Made by a program: the position numbers and the translations under genes. Below, piece after piece: positions 26,895-35,014 of a DNA stretch of 38,587 bases. Positions within the stretch are counted from its first letter, which is position 1. Every line of letters begins with the position of its first letter. Under the pieces are notes generated by a model. That model worked only from the letters and a program-made list of their open reading frames with translations. It was not told the origin of the DNA and made no database searches. The stretch covers positions 1 to 38,587 of the forward strand of contig JAKVBR010000002.1 in assembly GCA_022447165.1 (NCBI GenBank). Direction: 5' to 3'. The DNA comes from Phycisphaerales bacterium (GTDB lineage Bacteria; Planctomycetota; Phycisphaerae; Phycisphaerales; SM1A02).

Positions 26895-27262
26895 GAGAAA
26901 CGACACATTCTACCCAATCTGAGAGCCCCTTGAAGGGTATTGTTCAAAAGAAAGGTGAAGTTATCGGGAGCATTTGTTGAAAAGTTTTGGCTGTATGGGC
27001 GATTTTCTGATTGTCCTAGGATCGTTCAAGCCAAACCGCAAATTCGTCCGATAAGGAAGGTATAAAGATAACACATTGGGTGGAACCCAATGAATCCCAC
27101 ACCAACCATTAGCGGTCGACTCAGTGGATAACGAGTTGAACGACGAGCGACAAAACAGCGCTGTTGCTGTTGTATGTATGACGAATGCACGATTCAATTT
27201 TTAGACCAAATGAACGACCGATATTTAGACAAAAAGTGCGAAATTTATTCAATAGACGTTAT

Positions 27263-27490
27263 TTAATGACCGAGAACTTTCATATGTCAGACAAACAAAA
27301 GACGAAGCCCCACCGCGTCGTATTCGTCAAAGGCGAGCACCAATGGCGGTTTGAGTGGCAAGATGGTGAAGAATTAGGCACCGTCCAAGTCATCACGGAA
27401 ATTGCACAATCAAGTGAAACTGATTTCGATTGGTTTGATGCTGCAATGGTTTGTCATGAAATGTCAAAGATGTCAACGAAAGCTGCCTAA
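27263..27490 (+). CDS. Hypothetical small acidic protein upstream of the recombinase gene
   Basis: 75 aa from ATG 27263 (an alternative ATG is at 27281). The sequence is 'MTENFHMSDKQKTKPHRVVFVKGEHQWRFEWQDGEELGTVQVITEIAQSSETDFDWFDAAMVCHEM...'. It ends 17 nt before the next gene. No known motif. Confidence 0.4.
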   Translation, partial: LMTENFHMSDKQKTKPHRVVFVKGEHQWRFEWQDGEELGTVQVITEIAQSSETDFDWFDAAMVCHEMSKMSTKAA

Positions 27491-27507
27491 GCACATTGGA
27501 ATAAGCA

Positions 27508-28521
27508 ATGCATAAAAATATAGAACAGAACGTACCAATCATCACAACATTCCTTGAATACCTGCTCGAAGAGCGGGCTTTTAGCGCATACACAGGACGG
27601 TGCTACGGGGTAGACCTACGGCAATACCTCGTATGGATCACCGAAGAGCAAAACTTAACGCTTGATATTCCCGCTGAAACTTCTGCTTGGCAACGATTCG
27701 CTCAAGGAGAAAAAGAAATTGCTGGGCATGTTGGTCCAGAAACCATTACAGAGCACCTTGTCAATGCTGACACCGAATATCTGAGGAGCTTCCTTGCTTA
27801 TCTTGCTGAATCAAGTTACTCCCCTGCCACAATGGCTCGGAAGATTGCAACGCTTCGTAGTTTTTATAAATGGCTAGAGAGAAATGGTGTCATTGACACA
27901 AATCCGATGACGCTCATACGTACGCCTCGGCAAAAGAAACGTCTTCCAAAAGCAATCGATGTTGAGCAAGTAGAAAAACTGCTTTCTGCACCAAATGACA
28001 AAACCCTATTGGGTTCTAGAGATAGGGCGATTCTTGAAACGCTGTACTCAACCGGCATCCGCGTCAGCGAACTTGTTGGCATCAACTTTGGCGACATCGA
28101 CGAAACTGGTCAAGCGATTGTCATTCGCGGCAAGGGACGCAAGGAACGAATCGTGCCACTCGGCACGCACGCGATGACCGCCCTTTCGCATTACATCGAA
28201 ACGTTGCGAGTTAACCACATTCCAAATGACAATGAAGATCCACTCTTCATCAATAAACATAACACTCGACTTTCAACTCGTTCAGTCAGACGTAAAGTCA
28301 GTAAGTACCTTGAACAAGTTGGTCTAGACCCATCGATTAGTCCGCACACGCTTCGACACAGTTTTGCAACCCATTTACTTGATAATGGCGCAGATCTCAG
28401 AAGTGTTCAAGAACTACTTGGACACCAATCGCTTTCAACAACGCAGGTGTACACGCATCTCACGACAAAGAGAATGCGCGAGTCATATGACGACGCACAT
28501 CCACGTGCCGAGGCGGGTTAA
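27508..28521 (+). CDS. xerC: Tyrosine site-specific recombinase, XerC/XerD type
   Basis: The catalytic region reads 'ILETLYSTGIRVSELVGI', 'GKGRKERIVPL', 'HTLRHSFATHLLDNGADLRSVQELLGHQSLSTTQVYTH', covering the R..HxxR..Y residues. The N-terminal SAM-like core-binding domain carries an insertion. I cannot assign XerC versus XerD from sequence alone. Confidence 0.85.
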   Translation: MHKNIEQNVPIITTFLEYLLEERAFSAYTGRCYGVDLRQYLVWITEEQNLTLDIPAETSAWQRFAQGEKEIAGHVGPETITEHLVNADTEYLRSFLAYLAESSYSPATMARKIATLRSFYKWLERNGVIDTNPMTLIRTPRQKKRLPKAIDVEQVEKLLSAPNDKTLLGSRDRAILETLYSTGIRVSELVGINFGDIDETGQAIVIRGKGRKERIVPLGTHAMTALSHYIETLRVNHIPNDNEDPLFINKHNTRLSTRSVRRKVSKYLEQVGLDPSISPHTLRHSFATHLLDNGADLRSVQELLGHQSLSTTQVYTHLTTKRMRESYDDAHPRAEAG

Positions 28522-28537
28522 TATTTTTATTCGTAAT

Positions 28538-28567
28538 AAAAAGGCGCTCTTTGGAGCGCCTTTTTTT
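28538..28567. terminator. Bidirectional rho-independent terminator between convergent xerC-like (+) and lipoprotein (-) genes
   Basis: Stem GGCGCTC / GAGCGCC with loop TTTG, extended by A/T pairs. TTTTTTT follows on the + strand and an A-run precedes, which is a T-run on the - strand. Confidence 0.7.
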
Positions 28568-28573
28568 GCAAAT

Positions 28574-28996
28574 TTACTGCATGTTCAACAGTTCGTCGAC
28601 TTGATTGAAGTATCGCTCTGCTTCATCGAGCGTACGAACTGGAACGAGTTGTGTGCTGAGTTCCTTAAACTCAGTGATTGGTGGAAGTTGATTCTTCAAT
28701 GAAATCTCAAAAATCATTTCTCGGTCATCACGTTGAACGGGTTGCATAGGAAGTTTCATTGAGCGTCGCAGGACTCGGTGAATGCGAATCTCACCAGAAT
28801 CACGATCGACAACCACATCATTCTCAAAGACATGCCATCGTTTACGCGGGTTATCAGATTGATATTCTGGTGCTTGCGCAACTGCAATCATCGCCGTCCA
28901 TACTTCATTAGGAGAATGCGCTTCCCATGTTCGTGTTGGTGAACTGCAGGCCTGTAAACAGATGCAAGTCAATAGAATCGCAATTGCAACTCTCAT
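28574..28996 (-). CDS. Hypothetical lipoprotein
   Basis: 'MRVAIAILLTCICLQACSSPT' gives a signal peptide plus lipobox LQAC. It forms an ATGA overlap with the yebC stop. No functional motif recognised. Confidence 0.55.
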   Translation of the reverse strand: MRVAIAILLTCICLQACSSPTRTWEAHSPNEVWTAMIAVAQAPEYQSDNPRKRWHVFENDVVVDRDSGEIRIHRVLRRSMKLPMQPVQRDDREMIFEISLKNQLPPITEFKELSTQLVPVRTLDEAERYFNQVDELLNMQ

Positions 28997-29736
28997 TCGC
29001 CCATTGCCTCTTCTGGAATATCTGCATTTGAATACACCTTTTGAACATCATCATGGTCTTCAAGCGATTCAAGCAACCTCAGTACTTTTTCACCTGTATC
29101 AACATCACAATCAACGGTTGTTGAAGGAACCATTGTCACTTCGGATGAAGCCATTGCAATGCCTGCACCTTCGATGGCTTGCTTGACATTGAGAAAATCT
29201 GTTGGCTCGCACGTGACTTCAAAACCACCATCACTTGATGTAATGTCATTTGCACCAGCATCGAGTGCGACCTCCATCAAATCATCTTCCGTGGTTTGCT
29301 CTGATTCAATCAGAATGATGCCTGAACTTGTAAAGCCAAACGCAACAGAGCCGGGCTTAGCAAGATTGCCATTCCCTTTTTCAAAGAGTTTGCGCATTTC
29401 AGGCGCGGTACGATTGACATTGTCAGTCAGAACATCAACGATGATTGCAACACCTGAAGGACCGTAGCCCTCATAACGAACTTCTTCATACGTCACACCA
29501 TCATTGCCTTCTCCACTTGCCTTCTTGATGGCTTTTTCGATGGTGTCTTTGGCCATATTGACTGCTTTCGCATCTTCAATGGCATATCGAAGCGTGAGGT
29601 TTGTTTCAGGGTCTGGTCCACCGTTTTTTACTGCAACCATAATTGCGCGGCTACATTTAGACCATGCTTTTCCTTTAACAGCGTCTTGCCGTGCTTTGCG
29701 GTGTTTGATGTTTGCCCATTTACTATGGCCAGCCAT
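28993..29736 (-). CDS. yebC: YebC/PmpR (TACO1) family probable transcriptional/translational regulator
   Basis: The hallmark N-terminus 'MAGHSKWANIKHRKARQDAVKGKAWSK' is present. At 247 aa the length is typical. Confidence 0.92.
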   Translation of the reverse strand: MAGHSKWANIKHRKARQDAVKGKAWSKCSRAIMVAVKNGGPDPETNLTLRYAIEDAKAVNMAKDTIEKAIKKASGEGNDGVTYEEVRYEGYGPSGVAIIVDVLTDNVNRTAPEMRKLFEKGNGNLAKPGSVAFGFTSSGIILIESEQTTEDDLMEVALDAGANDITSSDGGFEVTCEPTDFLNVKQAIEGAGIAMASSEVTMVPSTTVDCDVDTGEKVLRLLESLEDHDDVQKVYSNADIPEEAMGE

Positions 29737-29760
29737 GTTGAATTGCTCCGTGTTCTTAGT

Positions 29761-31173
29761 TCACTCTGTCGATTGGGTTTGTTGTGCCTTGGACAACTTC
29801 TCAGTGAGTCGTTCGTACACGCCACCCATCTCTAAATCATACAATTTTTCAGGAGATGCAACAGCGATACCCCAGACTGAATAGTTGAGTGTTGCAAACC
29901 CTTCAATAATGTTTCGTTTAAAGTCATCGGAATGCATGATGGATAAACCGTGACTCCACGCGCGAATGGCTGGTTCAATTTGACCTGACTGCCAATACGC
30001 ATCACCCATATGTTCATAAAGTTCAGGACTTGGTTGAGTCGATCCTCTCAATGCTCGAACTAGAAAGTCTAGTGCTTGCGGCATCTCGCCCTTTTGAAAA
30101 TAAAACCAACCAAGTGTGTCAAGAATGTAAGACGCGTCAGCATCAAGTTCATACGCTTTCAAACTTAACGCTTCCACTTCTTCCGTTGGGCCGTCAGTGT
30201 TTAACAAAGCCCACGCTAAATTGTTTAACACAAGTGGGTCTTCACTAAAGAGTGACATGGATGCTCTATATAGATTGATTGTGCCTAGCCGATCGCCAAT
30301 CATCGACATTGATTGCGCTGCCATGGAATATCCCTCAGCAAGTGAAACTGGCTCATACCATTTTGGCCCTAGAGGCAATCCTTCTGGCTCCATCGCTTCG
30401 TTGTATGTTTTAATCGTGAATTGACCATCACCCTGAGCAGCTGCTTCAAGTACAGGCAACGCTGTCAATAGAAAGCCTTTGAGTTGGTGTGATGACGATA
30501 AAATTCCTTTGCGTGCAAGATCGAGTGCGATTGAATATGCCTGAACATCGACGAGTTGCTGGATGACCGCTCGCCACATTTCTCCAGCACCTTGTTGAAT
30601 GAGGGAACCAAATGCATTGTCTATCAATGTCATTTCAAGATCATCCATCGCGTCAACTAAATCATTTAAAGAGAGTGCAGACGCACTTGCTCTGAGTGCC
30701 GCAAATCGAAGTAGCGATTCTTCGGGCATCACATCATGCTCAAGCCAGCTTCTTGAAAGCATTGTTGTTGCTGATTCATGATTGCCGCGTCTTGCTTCGT
30801 CTAATCCAACGATTAAAAGCGCTTGACTATTATTGGGGTCTCGCAACAACACTTCGTGCCATGCAGACATTGCTGCTGGTTGTTTACCAATGGCAGCAAG
30901 GGATATCGCCATCCCAATCCATGGCGCTGATGCCTGCGGGTGTAACTCCGCTGCGTTTCTAAAGTGTGCAAGTGCAGCGCCATGCTGGTCTCGTGCAGCA
31001 AGATGCCTACCCTCAATGTATGCCCTTGCTGCTGCAGGCACTGTGTGCTGCGGAGGACTTTCTAATCGCTGCCCCGCAGTCGTTTTCAACAACTCTTGAA
31101 AGTCATCATGCGTCAGGACATCGGATTGGCCGTACGCACAAAGCATCAACAGTATGCTCACTCCTACGTTCAT
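29761..31173 (-). CDS. Secreted TPR-repeat protein
   Basis: N-terminal hydrophobic signal 'MNVGVSILLMLCAYGQS'. Multiple TPR-like A/L/Y/W-patterned repeats, e.g. 'AALAHFRNAAELHPQASAPW' and 'ALDFLVRALRGSTQPSPELYEHMGDAYWQSGQIEPAIRAW'. It forms an ATGA overlap with the upstream gene's stop. Confidence 0.7.
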   Translation of the reverse strand: MNVGVSILLMLCAYGQSDVLTHDDFQELLKTTAGQRLESPPQHTVPAAARAYIEGRHLAARDQHGAALAHFRNAAELHPQASAPWIGMAISLAAIGKQPAAMSAWHEVLLRDPNNSQALLIVGLDEARRGNHESATTMLSRSWLEHDVMPEESLLRFAALRASASALSLNDLVDAMDDLEMTLIDNAFGSLIQQGAGEMWRAVIQQLVDVQAYSIALDLARKGILSSSHQLKGFLLTALPVLEAAAQGDGQFTIKTYNEAMEPEGLPLGPKWYEPVSLAEGYSMAAQSMSMIGDRLGTINLYRASMSLFSEDPLVLNNLAWALLNTDGPTEEVEALSLKAYELDADASYILDTLGWFYFQKGEMPQALDFLVRALRGSTQPSPELYEHMGDAYWQSGQIEPAIRAWSHGLSIMHSDDFKRNIIEGFATLNYSVWGIAVASPEKLYDLEMGGVYERLTEKLSKAQQTQSTE

Positions 31174-32063
31174 TTCTTCTTCTTAGTCGTCTTTTTCTTT
31201 GCTGCTTTCTTAGTGGTCTTCTTTGCTACTTTTTTCTTCGTAGCAGTTTTCTTCGATGAGTTTTTCTTTGTCTTTTTCTTTGCTGCTTTCTTTTTAGACG
31301 CTTTTTTCTTAGCGACTTTCTTTTTAGATGCTTTTTTCTTAGCGACTTTCTTTTTAGATGCTTTCTTCTTCGTCACCTTTTTCTTAGCAGTTGTTTTCTT
31401 AGTTGTCTTTTTCTTTGCTACTTTCTTTTTAGCCGGCTTCTTCGGCTTAGGATCTTCTTTTGGCGTTGGCTGAATTTCTACCCACGCTTGCAATCCTCCA
31501 TGAAAATCGACAACTTCATCGGCCTTGACTTGACGAGCAAGCCATGATGATGCATCTTCGATTGTTGTTGTTTCATGAACAACACTATTTACTTTTAGGA
31601 TTGCCAGTGTTCGTTCATCTACTGGAACTGCTGCCACGTTGTAACAAATTGATATGACGCGGTGGCATACAAATGGCGTAATCCCTTTGAGTGTTTCAAA
31701 GTATTCTCGAATTTCTCGCTTGCCCGCACCGTCTAAACTTTCGATGTGCATGCCATGCTCGCGGTTATAAATCGCGTTGAGAACCGCGTGCATGCGTTTG
31801 ACGCGGTCGCGGACGAGTGGATAGTCCACTCCAACACGCTCGATTGACTCATCAATCATGTTGACTCTTAAATCGTTTAAGTCAACTGATGCTGCTACAA
31901 GTCGTTTGAATGCAGCAGTAGCATCTTTTTTGTTTGCGTTCCAAACAAGATGTGAATAAATGACTTCACCAATCACACCATAGTCATTTGCAATGACGGT
32001 AATGGTTGGCAACTTCTTCTTAAACGTTTTGAACTTTTTTGCAAATGCAGTTGCGTCTTTCAC
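31170..32063 (-). CDS. Endonuclease III-like (HhH-GPD-like) domain protein fused to a histone H1-like lysine-rich C-terminal tail
   Basis: In residues ~1-205, 'LKGITPFVCHRVISICYNVAAVPVDERTLAILK' resembles the HhH hairpin followed by the '(F/V)PVD(T/E)..' segment of Nth/MutY-type proteins. This is a weak match made by eye. The last ~90 aa are (K/A/T/V/S)-only repeats, 'KKKVAKKKASKKKVAKKKASKKKVAKKKASKKKAAKKK...'. The GTG start forms a GTGA overlap with the rbfA stop. Confidence 0.6.
   Translation of the reverse strand: MKDATAFAKKFKTFKKKLPTITVIANDYGVIGEVIYSHLVWNANKKDATAAFKRLVAASVDLNDLRVNMIDESIERVGVDYPLVRDRVKRMHAVLNAIYNREHGMHIESLDGAGKREIREYFETLKGITPFVCHRVISICYNVAAVPVDERTLAILKVNSVVHETTTIEDASSWLARQVKADEVVDFHGGLQAWVEIQPTPKEDPKPKKPAKKKVAKKKTTKKTTAKKKVTKKKASKKKVAKKKASKKKVAKKKASKKKAAKKKTKKNSSKKTATKKKVAKKTTKKAAKKKTTKKKK
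31291..31380. repeat. In-frame 30-bp tandem repeat (about three units) encoding the KKVAKKKASK tail
   Basis: Units 31291-31320 and 31321-31350 (TTTTTAGA(C/T)GCTTTTTTCTTAGCGACTTTC) differ at one position. A third, more diverged unit lies at 31351-31380. Confidence 0.8.
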
Positions 32064-32446
32064 TCTTCTGTCCTTTGATTATTTGATTTGGCTCTTCGCT
32101 CATCTTCTTCTCTTGCTTCAGCAATGCTTGAAAGCACTTCTTGTTGCTTCAACAATTGTTCATCGATCTTAAATGTGAATGCGGGCATTTTTCTGAACCG
32201 AACTTTGTCAGAAACTTGTCTACGAATCCAAGTTGCTGCAGATGAGACACCTCTCATCGAGATTTTACTGTACTTGTGTGGAGTCACAGAGCAGTACACC
32301 GTTGCTTGCGTTAAATCAGGTGCAACATCTACTCTAGTTACAGTAATGAGCCCTTTTACTCGTGGGTCAGCAAGCCCCTTAGACAACACATTTTGTATTG
32401 CCCTTTGGAGAGTTGTACTGACTTGGTCAGTTCGCTGCGTCATCAA
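32060..32446 (-). CDS. rbfA: Ribosome-binding factor A
   Basis: 'RAIQNVLSKGLADPRVKGLITVTRVDVAPDLTQATVYCSV' matches the RbfA KH-like core. It lies directly after infB with no intergenic gap. Confidence 0.9.
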   Translation of the reverse strand: MMTQRTDQVSTTLQRAIQNVLSKGLADPRVKGLITVTRVDVAPDLTQATVYCSVTPHKYSKISMRGVSSAATWIRRQVSDKVRFRKMPAFTFKIDEQLLKQQEVLSSIAEAREEDERRAKSNNQRTEE

Positions 32447-34981
32447 TTAGCTGTCAAGCGAACGCTTGACCTCCAGTGATTTATAACATTCAATCACATC
32501 GCCAACTTTGATATCTGAATAGCCCTCGATGTTCATGCCGCACTCCTGGCCAGAACGAACTTCTTTGGCGTCATCTTTGAATCGTTTGAGTTGATCAAGC
32601 CGTCTGTCTGCCTCGATCACGATGCCGTCTCTTGTTACACGAATTTGTTGGTGACGTTCGATGGTACCATCTGTGACATAACAACCAGCAATCATGCCGA
32701 CCTTCGAAATCTTAAAGACGTCTCGGACTTCCGCATGACCAAGCACTTCAAGTTTAATCTCAGGATCAAGTAGACCTTCAAGCGCTTTTGTAAGATCATC
32801 AGTCAAGTCATAAATCACATCGTAATACCGAATCTCGACGCCCTTCTGTTCTGCCGTCCTGCGCGCTTTAGCGGTACTTGTGACATTAAATCCTACGATG
32901 ATTGCGCCGCTTGCTTCTGCAAGGTTGACGTCAGATTCATTAATCCCGCCAACGCCAGAGTGTTTAATCGCAATGACTGCTTCGTCGTTACCAATCTTTC
33001 CGATTGATGAGCGAAGCGTTTCGATTGAACCCTGAACATCACCTTTCACGATCACAGGCAGTTCCCTTTGGTCAGCAATCTTCATCTGGTCAAAGATGTT
33101 GTCGAGCGTCACTTTCTCTCTTGAGAGTTCTGCTTGTCTGAGTTGTTGGACGCGTTCTTTCGCTGCGTTTTCCGCTTCTTTAAGGGATTTCACAATGTAG
33201 AACTTATCACCAGCATCGGGCACTTCTGAAAGTCCGAGGACTTGGAGTGGCGTTGAAGGCAATCCTTCTTCGACTTGCTCGCCATGCTCATTCATCAACG
33301 CGCGAACGCGACCGAAACCACGTCCTGCCACAATGAAGTCGCCTTTCCTTAGGCAACCTTGCTGAACAAGAATGTTTGCAACTGGTCCGCGACCCTCTGC
33401 AACATGCGCTTCAATAATCGTGCCTTCAGCAGGGCCTTCAAAGTCCGCTTTTAACTCGAGGAGTTCTGCTTGGTAATCGAGCACTTCTAGCAAATCTTGA
33501 ATTCCGATTTTTTCGATTGCACTTGTCTTAATAACTTCGATGTCTCCGCCCCAATCAACAGGGTTGAGTTCATGCTCAGCAAGTTGTCCAAGGATGCGTT
33601 GAATGTTTTCTTCAGTTGCTTGCTGTTTGTCAATTTTGTTCAGTGCAATGACTAATGGAACGCCCGCTGCTTTTGCGTGATTAATCGACTCAATTGTTTG
33701 AGGCATCACGCCGTCGTCAGCAGCAATAACAAGAACAACAACATCCGTCACCTTCGCACCTCGTGCACGCATTTCAGTAAATGCTTCGTGGCCGGGCGTG
33801 TCGATGAACGTGACTAATCGTTCCGTTTCACCAGCAACAACTGGCACTCTAAATGCACTTGTTGCCTGGGTGATTCCGCCTGCTTCACCATCTGCAACAT
33901 TTGCGCTACGGATCGTGTCAAGCAGTGACGTCTTACCGTGGTCAACGTGACCCAAAATTGTGACAACTGGTGACCGTGGTTGCTCATTTTGTACTTCTCT
34001 ACTTGAGAATGATTCAGCAATCACGTCTTCAGCAGTTTTTGCTTCAACAACTTCGAGTTCGATGCCAAACTCCATCATCATTTCTACTGCAGTATCAGTT
34101 TCGATAGAGTCATTAACCGTCTTCATTTCACCTGCGAGCATGAGCTTTTTCAAAATTTCCGCGGCTTTAATGCCTGTCACTGCAGAAAGTTCTTTGATGA
34201 AGATTGGTTCAGAAACTGAAACTTTGCCACCTGTTTGAGCAAGTGTTTTTGCTCGTTCTGCTGGCTTGTCTGATCGCTTTTGACTATCTCGGCGTGCCTG
34301 CCTAAAGAAGCCACCACTCCTTCTTAAACGATTCTCTCGCTCAAGAAGATCTTGTTTCCGCCAGTTGGAATTGTTTCGGTCATCTTGTTGCTGTTGATTT
34401 TGGCGCGTGCCTCGCTCTGGTTGCCTTGTGGTTGTTCGGCGTTTGTTGCGCCTTGAACCCCTGCCACCATCTTCTTGTGGAGGCATTTGTTCTGGCATAC
34501 GAACTCCGCCGCCCATCTGAGCAGCAGGTCCAGTTGGCGCTTGCCGTGGGCGTCGCGGTTTTGGTTCTGGCTCTGGTTCTTCAATACGAATCACTCGTGG
34601 TCCAGCCATTTTTGCTTTCGCTGGCGTATCCATTTTGCGACCAACGGGCTTGACTGGCTCTGCCTTTGAGTCATCATCTGTCTTCTCGGTTGCCTTTAAA
34701 CCACCCGACTTCTTAGTCGTCTTTTTCTTAGTCTTTTTCTTTGCTTTTGCTTTTACTGCAGCGATGTTGACTTTTTCCGCTGTTTCAATTGCAGAAGATT
34801 GACCTTCACTTTCACTAAACCACTCACTAATCGTTGCTGCCAATCCAGCAGAAACTGCAGACATGTGATTTGTAATGTCTGGAATCCCCTCACTTTGACA
34901 TTTCGCAACGATGTCCTTGGAACCAACGCCAAGTTTCTTGGCTAATTGGTGGACTCGAGTTGTCGATGTTTTCTTTGCCAC
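32447..34981 (-). CDS. infB: Translation initiation factor IF-2
   Basis: G domain motifs '[12 protein letters not shown]', 'DTPGHEAF' and 'NKIDK'. The C-terminal region reads '[27 protein letters not shown]'. The N-terminal region includes a K-rich stretch, '[18 protein letters not shown]'. Confidence 0.97.
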   Translation of the reverse strand: MAKKTSTTRVHQLAKKLGVGSKDIVAKCQSEGIPDITNHMSAVSAGLAATISEWFSESEGQSSAIETAEKVNIAAVKAKAKKKTKKKTTKKSGGLKATEKTDDDSKAEPVKPVGRKMDTPAKAKMAGPRVIRIEEPEPEPKPRRPRQAPTGPAAQMGGGVRMPEQMPPQEDGGRGSRRNKRRTTTRQPERGTRQNQQQQDDRNNSNWRKQDLLERENRLRRSGGFFRQARRDSQKRSDKPAERAKTLAQTGGKVSVSEPIFIKELSAVTGIKAAEILKKLMLAGEMKTVNDSIETDTAVEMMMEFGIELEVVEAKTAEDVIAESFSSREVQNEQPRSPVVTILGHVDHGKTSLLDTIRSANVADGEAGGITQATSAFRVPVVAGETERLVTFIDTPGHEAFTEMRARGAKVTDVVVLVIAADDGVMPQTIESINHAKAAGVPLVIALNKIDKQQATEENIQRILGQLAEHELNPVDWGGDIEVIKTSAIEKIGIQDLLEVLDYQAELLELKADFEGPAEGTIIEAHVAEGRGPVANILVQQGCLRKGDFIVAGRGFGRVRALMNEHGEQVEEGLPSTPLQVLGLSEVPDAGDKFYIVKSLKEAENAAKERVQQLRQAELSREKVTLDNIFDQMKIADQRELPVIVKGDVQGSIETLRSSIGKIGNDEAVIAIKHSGVGGINESDVNLAEASGAIIVGFNVTSTAKARRTAEQKGVEIRYYDVIYDLTDDLTKALEGLLDPEIKLEVLGHAEVRDVFKISKVGMIAGCYVTDGTIERHQQIRVTRDGIVIEADRRLDQLKRFKDDAKEVRSGQECGMNIEGYSDIKVGDVIECYKSLEVKRSLDS

Positions 34982-35014
34982 GTATGTGCTCCAATCAATA
35001 GTTGGTTTAAGGAG

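Noticed and set aside
26802-26906. N-terminal 35 residues of the 1087-aa track ORF ('MSFLGRVAQLVEHLTFNQAVLGSSPNAIIHVHGGS').
   Set aside because: This segment is the translation of the tRNA-Lys gene. The helicase has a proper GGAGG-ATG start at 26801.
26822-28521. tRNA-Lys plus a nearby tyrosine recombinase, considered as the signature of an integrated genomic island (with SNF2-SWIM as cargo).
   Set aside because: The recombinase lies on the 5' side of the tRNA, not next to its 3' end. It has full XerC/XerD-type motifs and length. I could not find a direct repeat of the tRNA 3' half (GGGACTCGAACCC...) elsewhere in the window. Composition and codon style look the same on both sides. A whole-genome repeat search would be needed to exclude it formally.
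31096-31473. ORF 31096..31473 + (125 aa, poly-F), and the 30-bp repeats considered as a possible CRISPR-like array.
   Set aside because: The ORF is antisense to the KKxAKK tail. The repeats are directly adjacent with no spacers, in frame, and inside a well-supported CDS, so this is not a CRISPR array.
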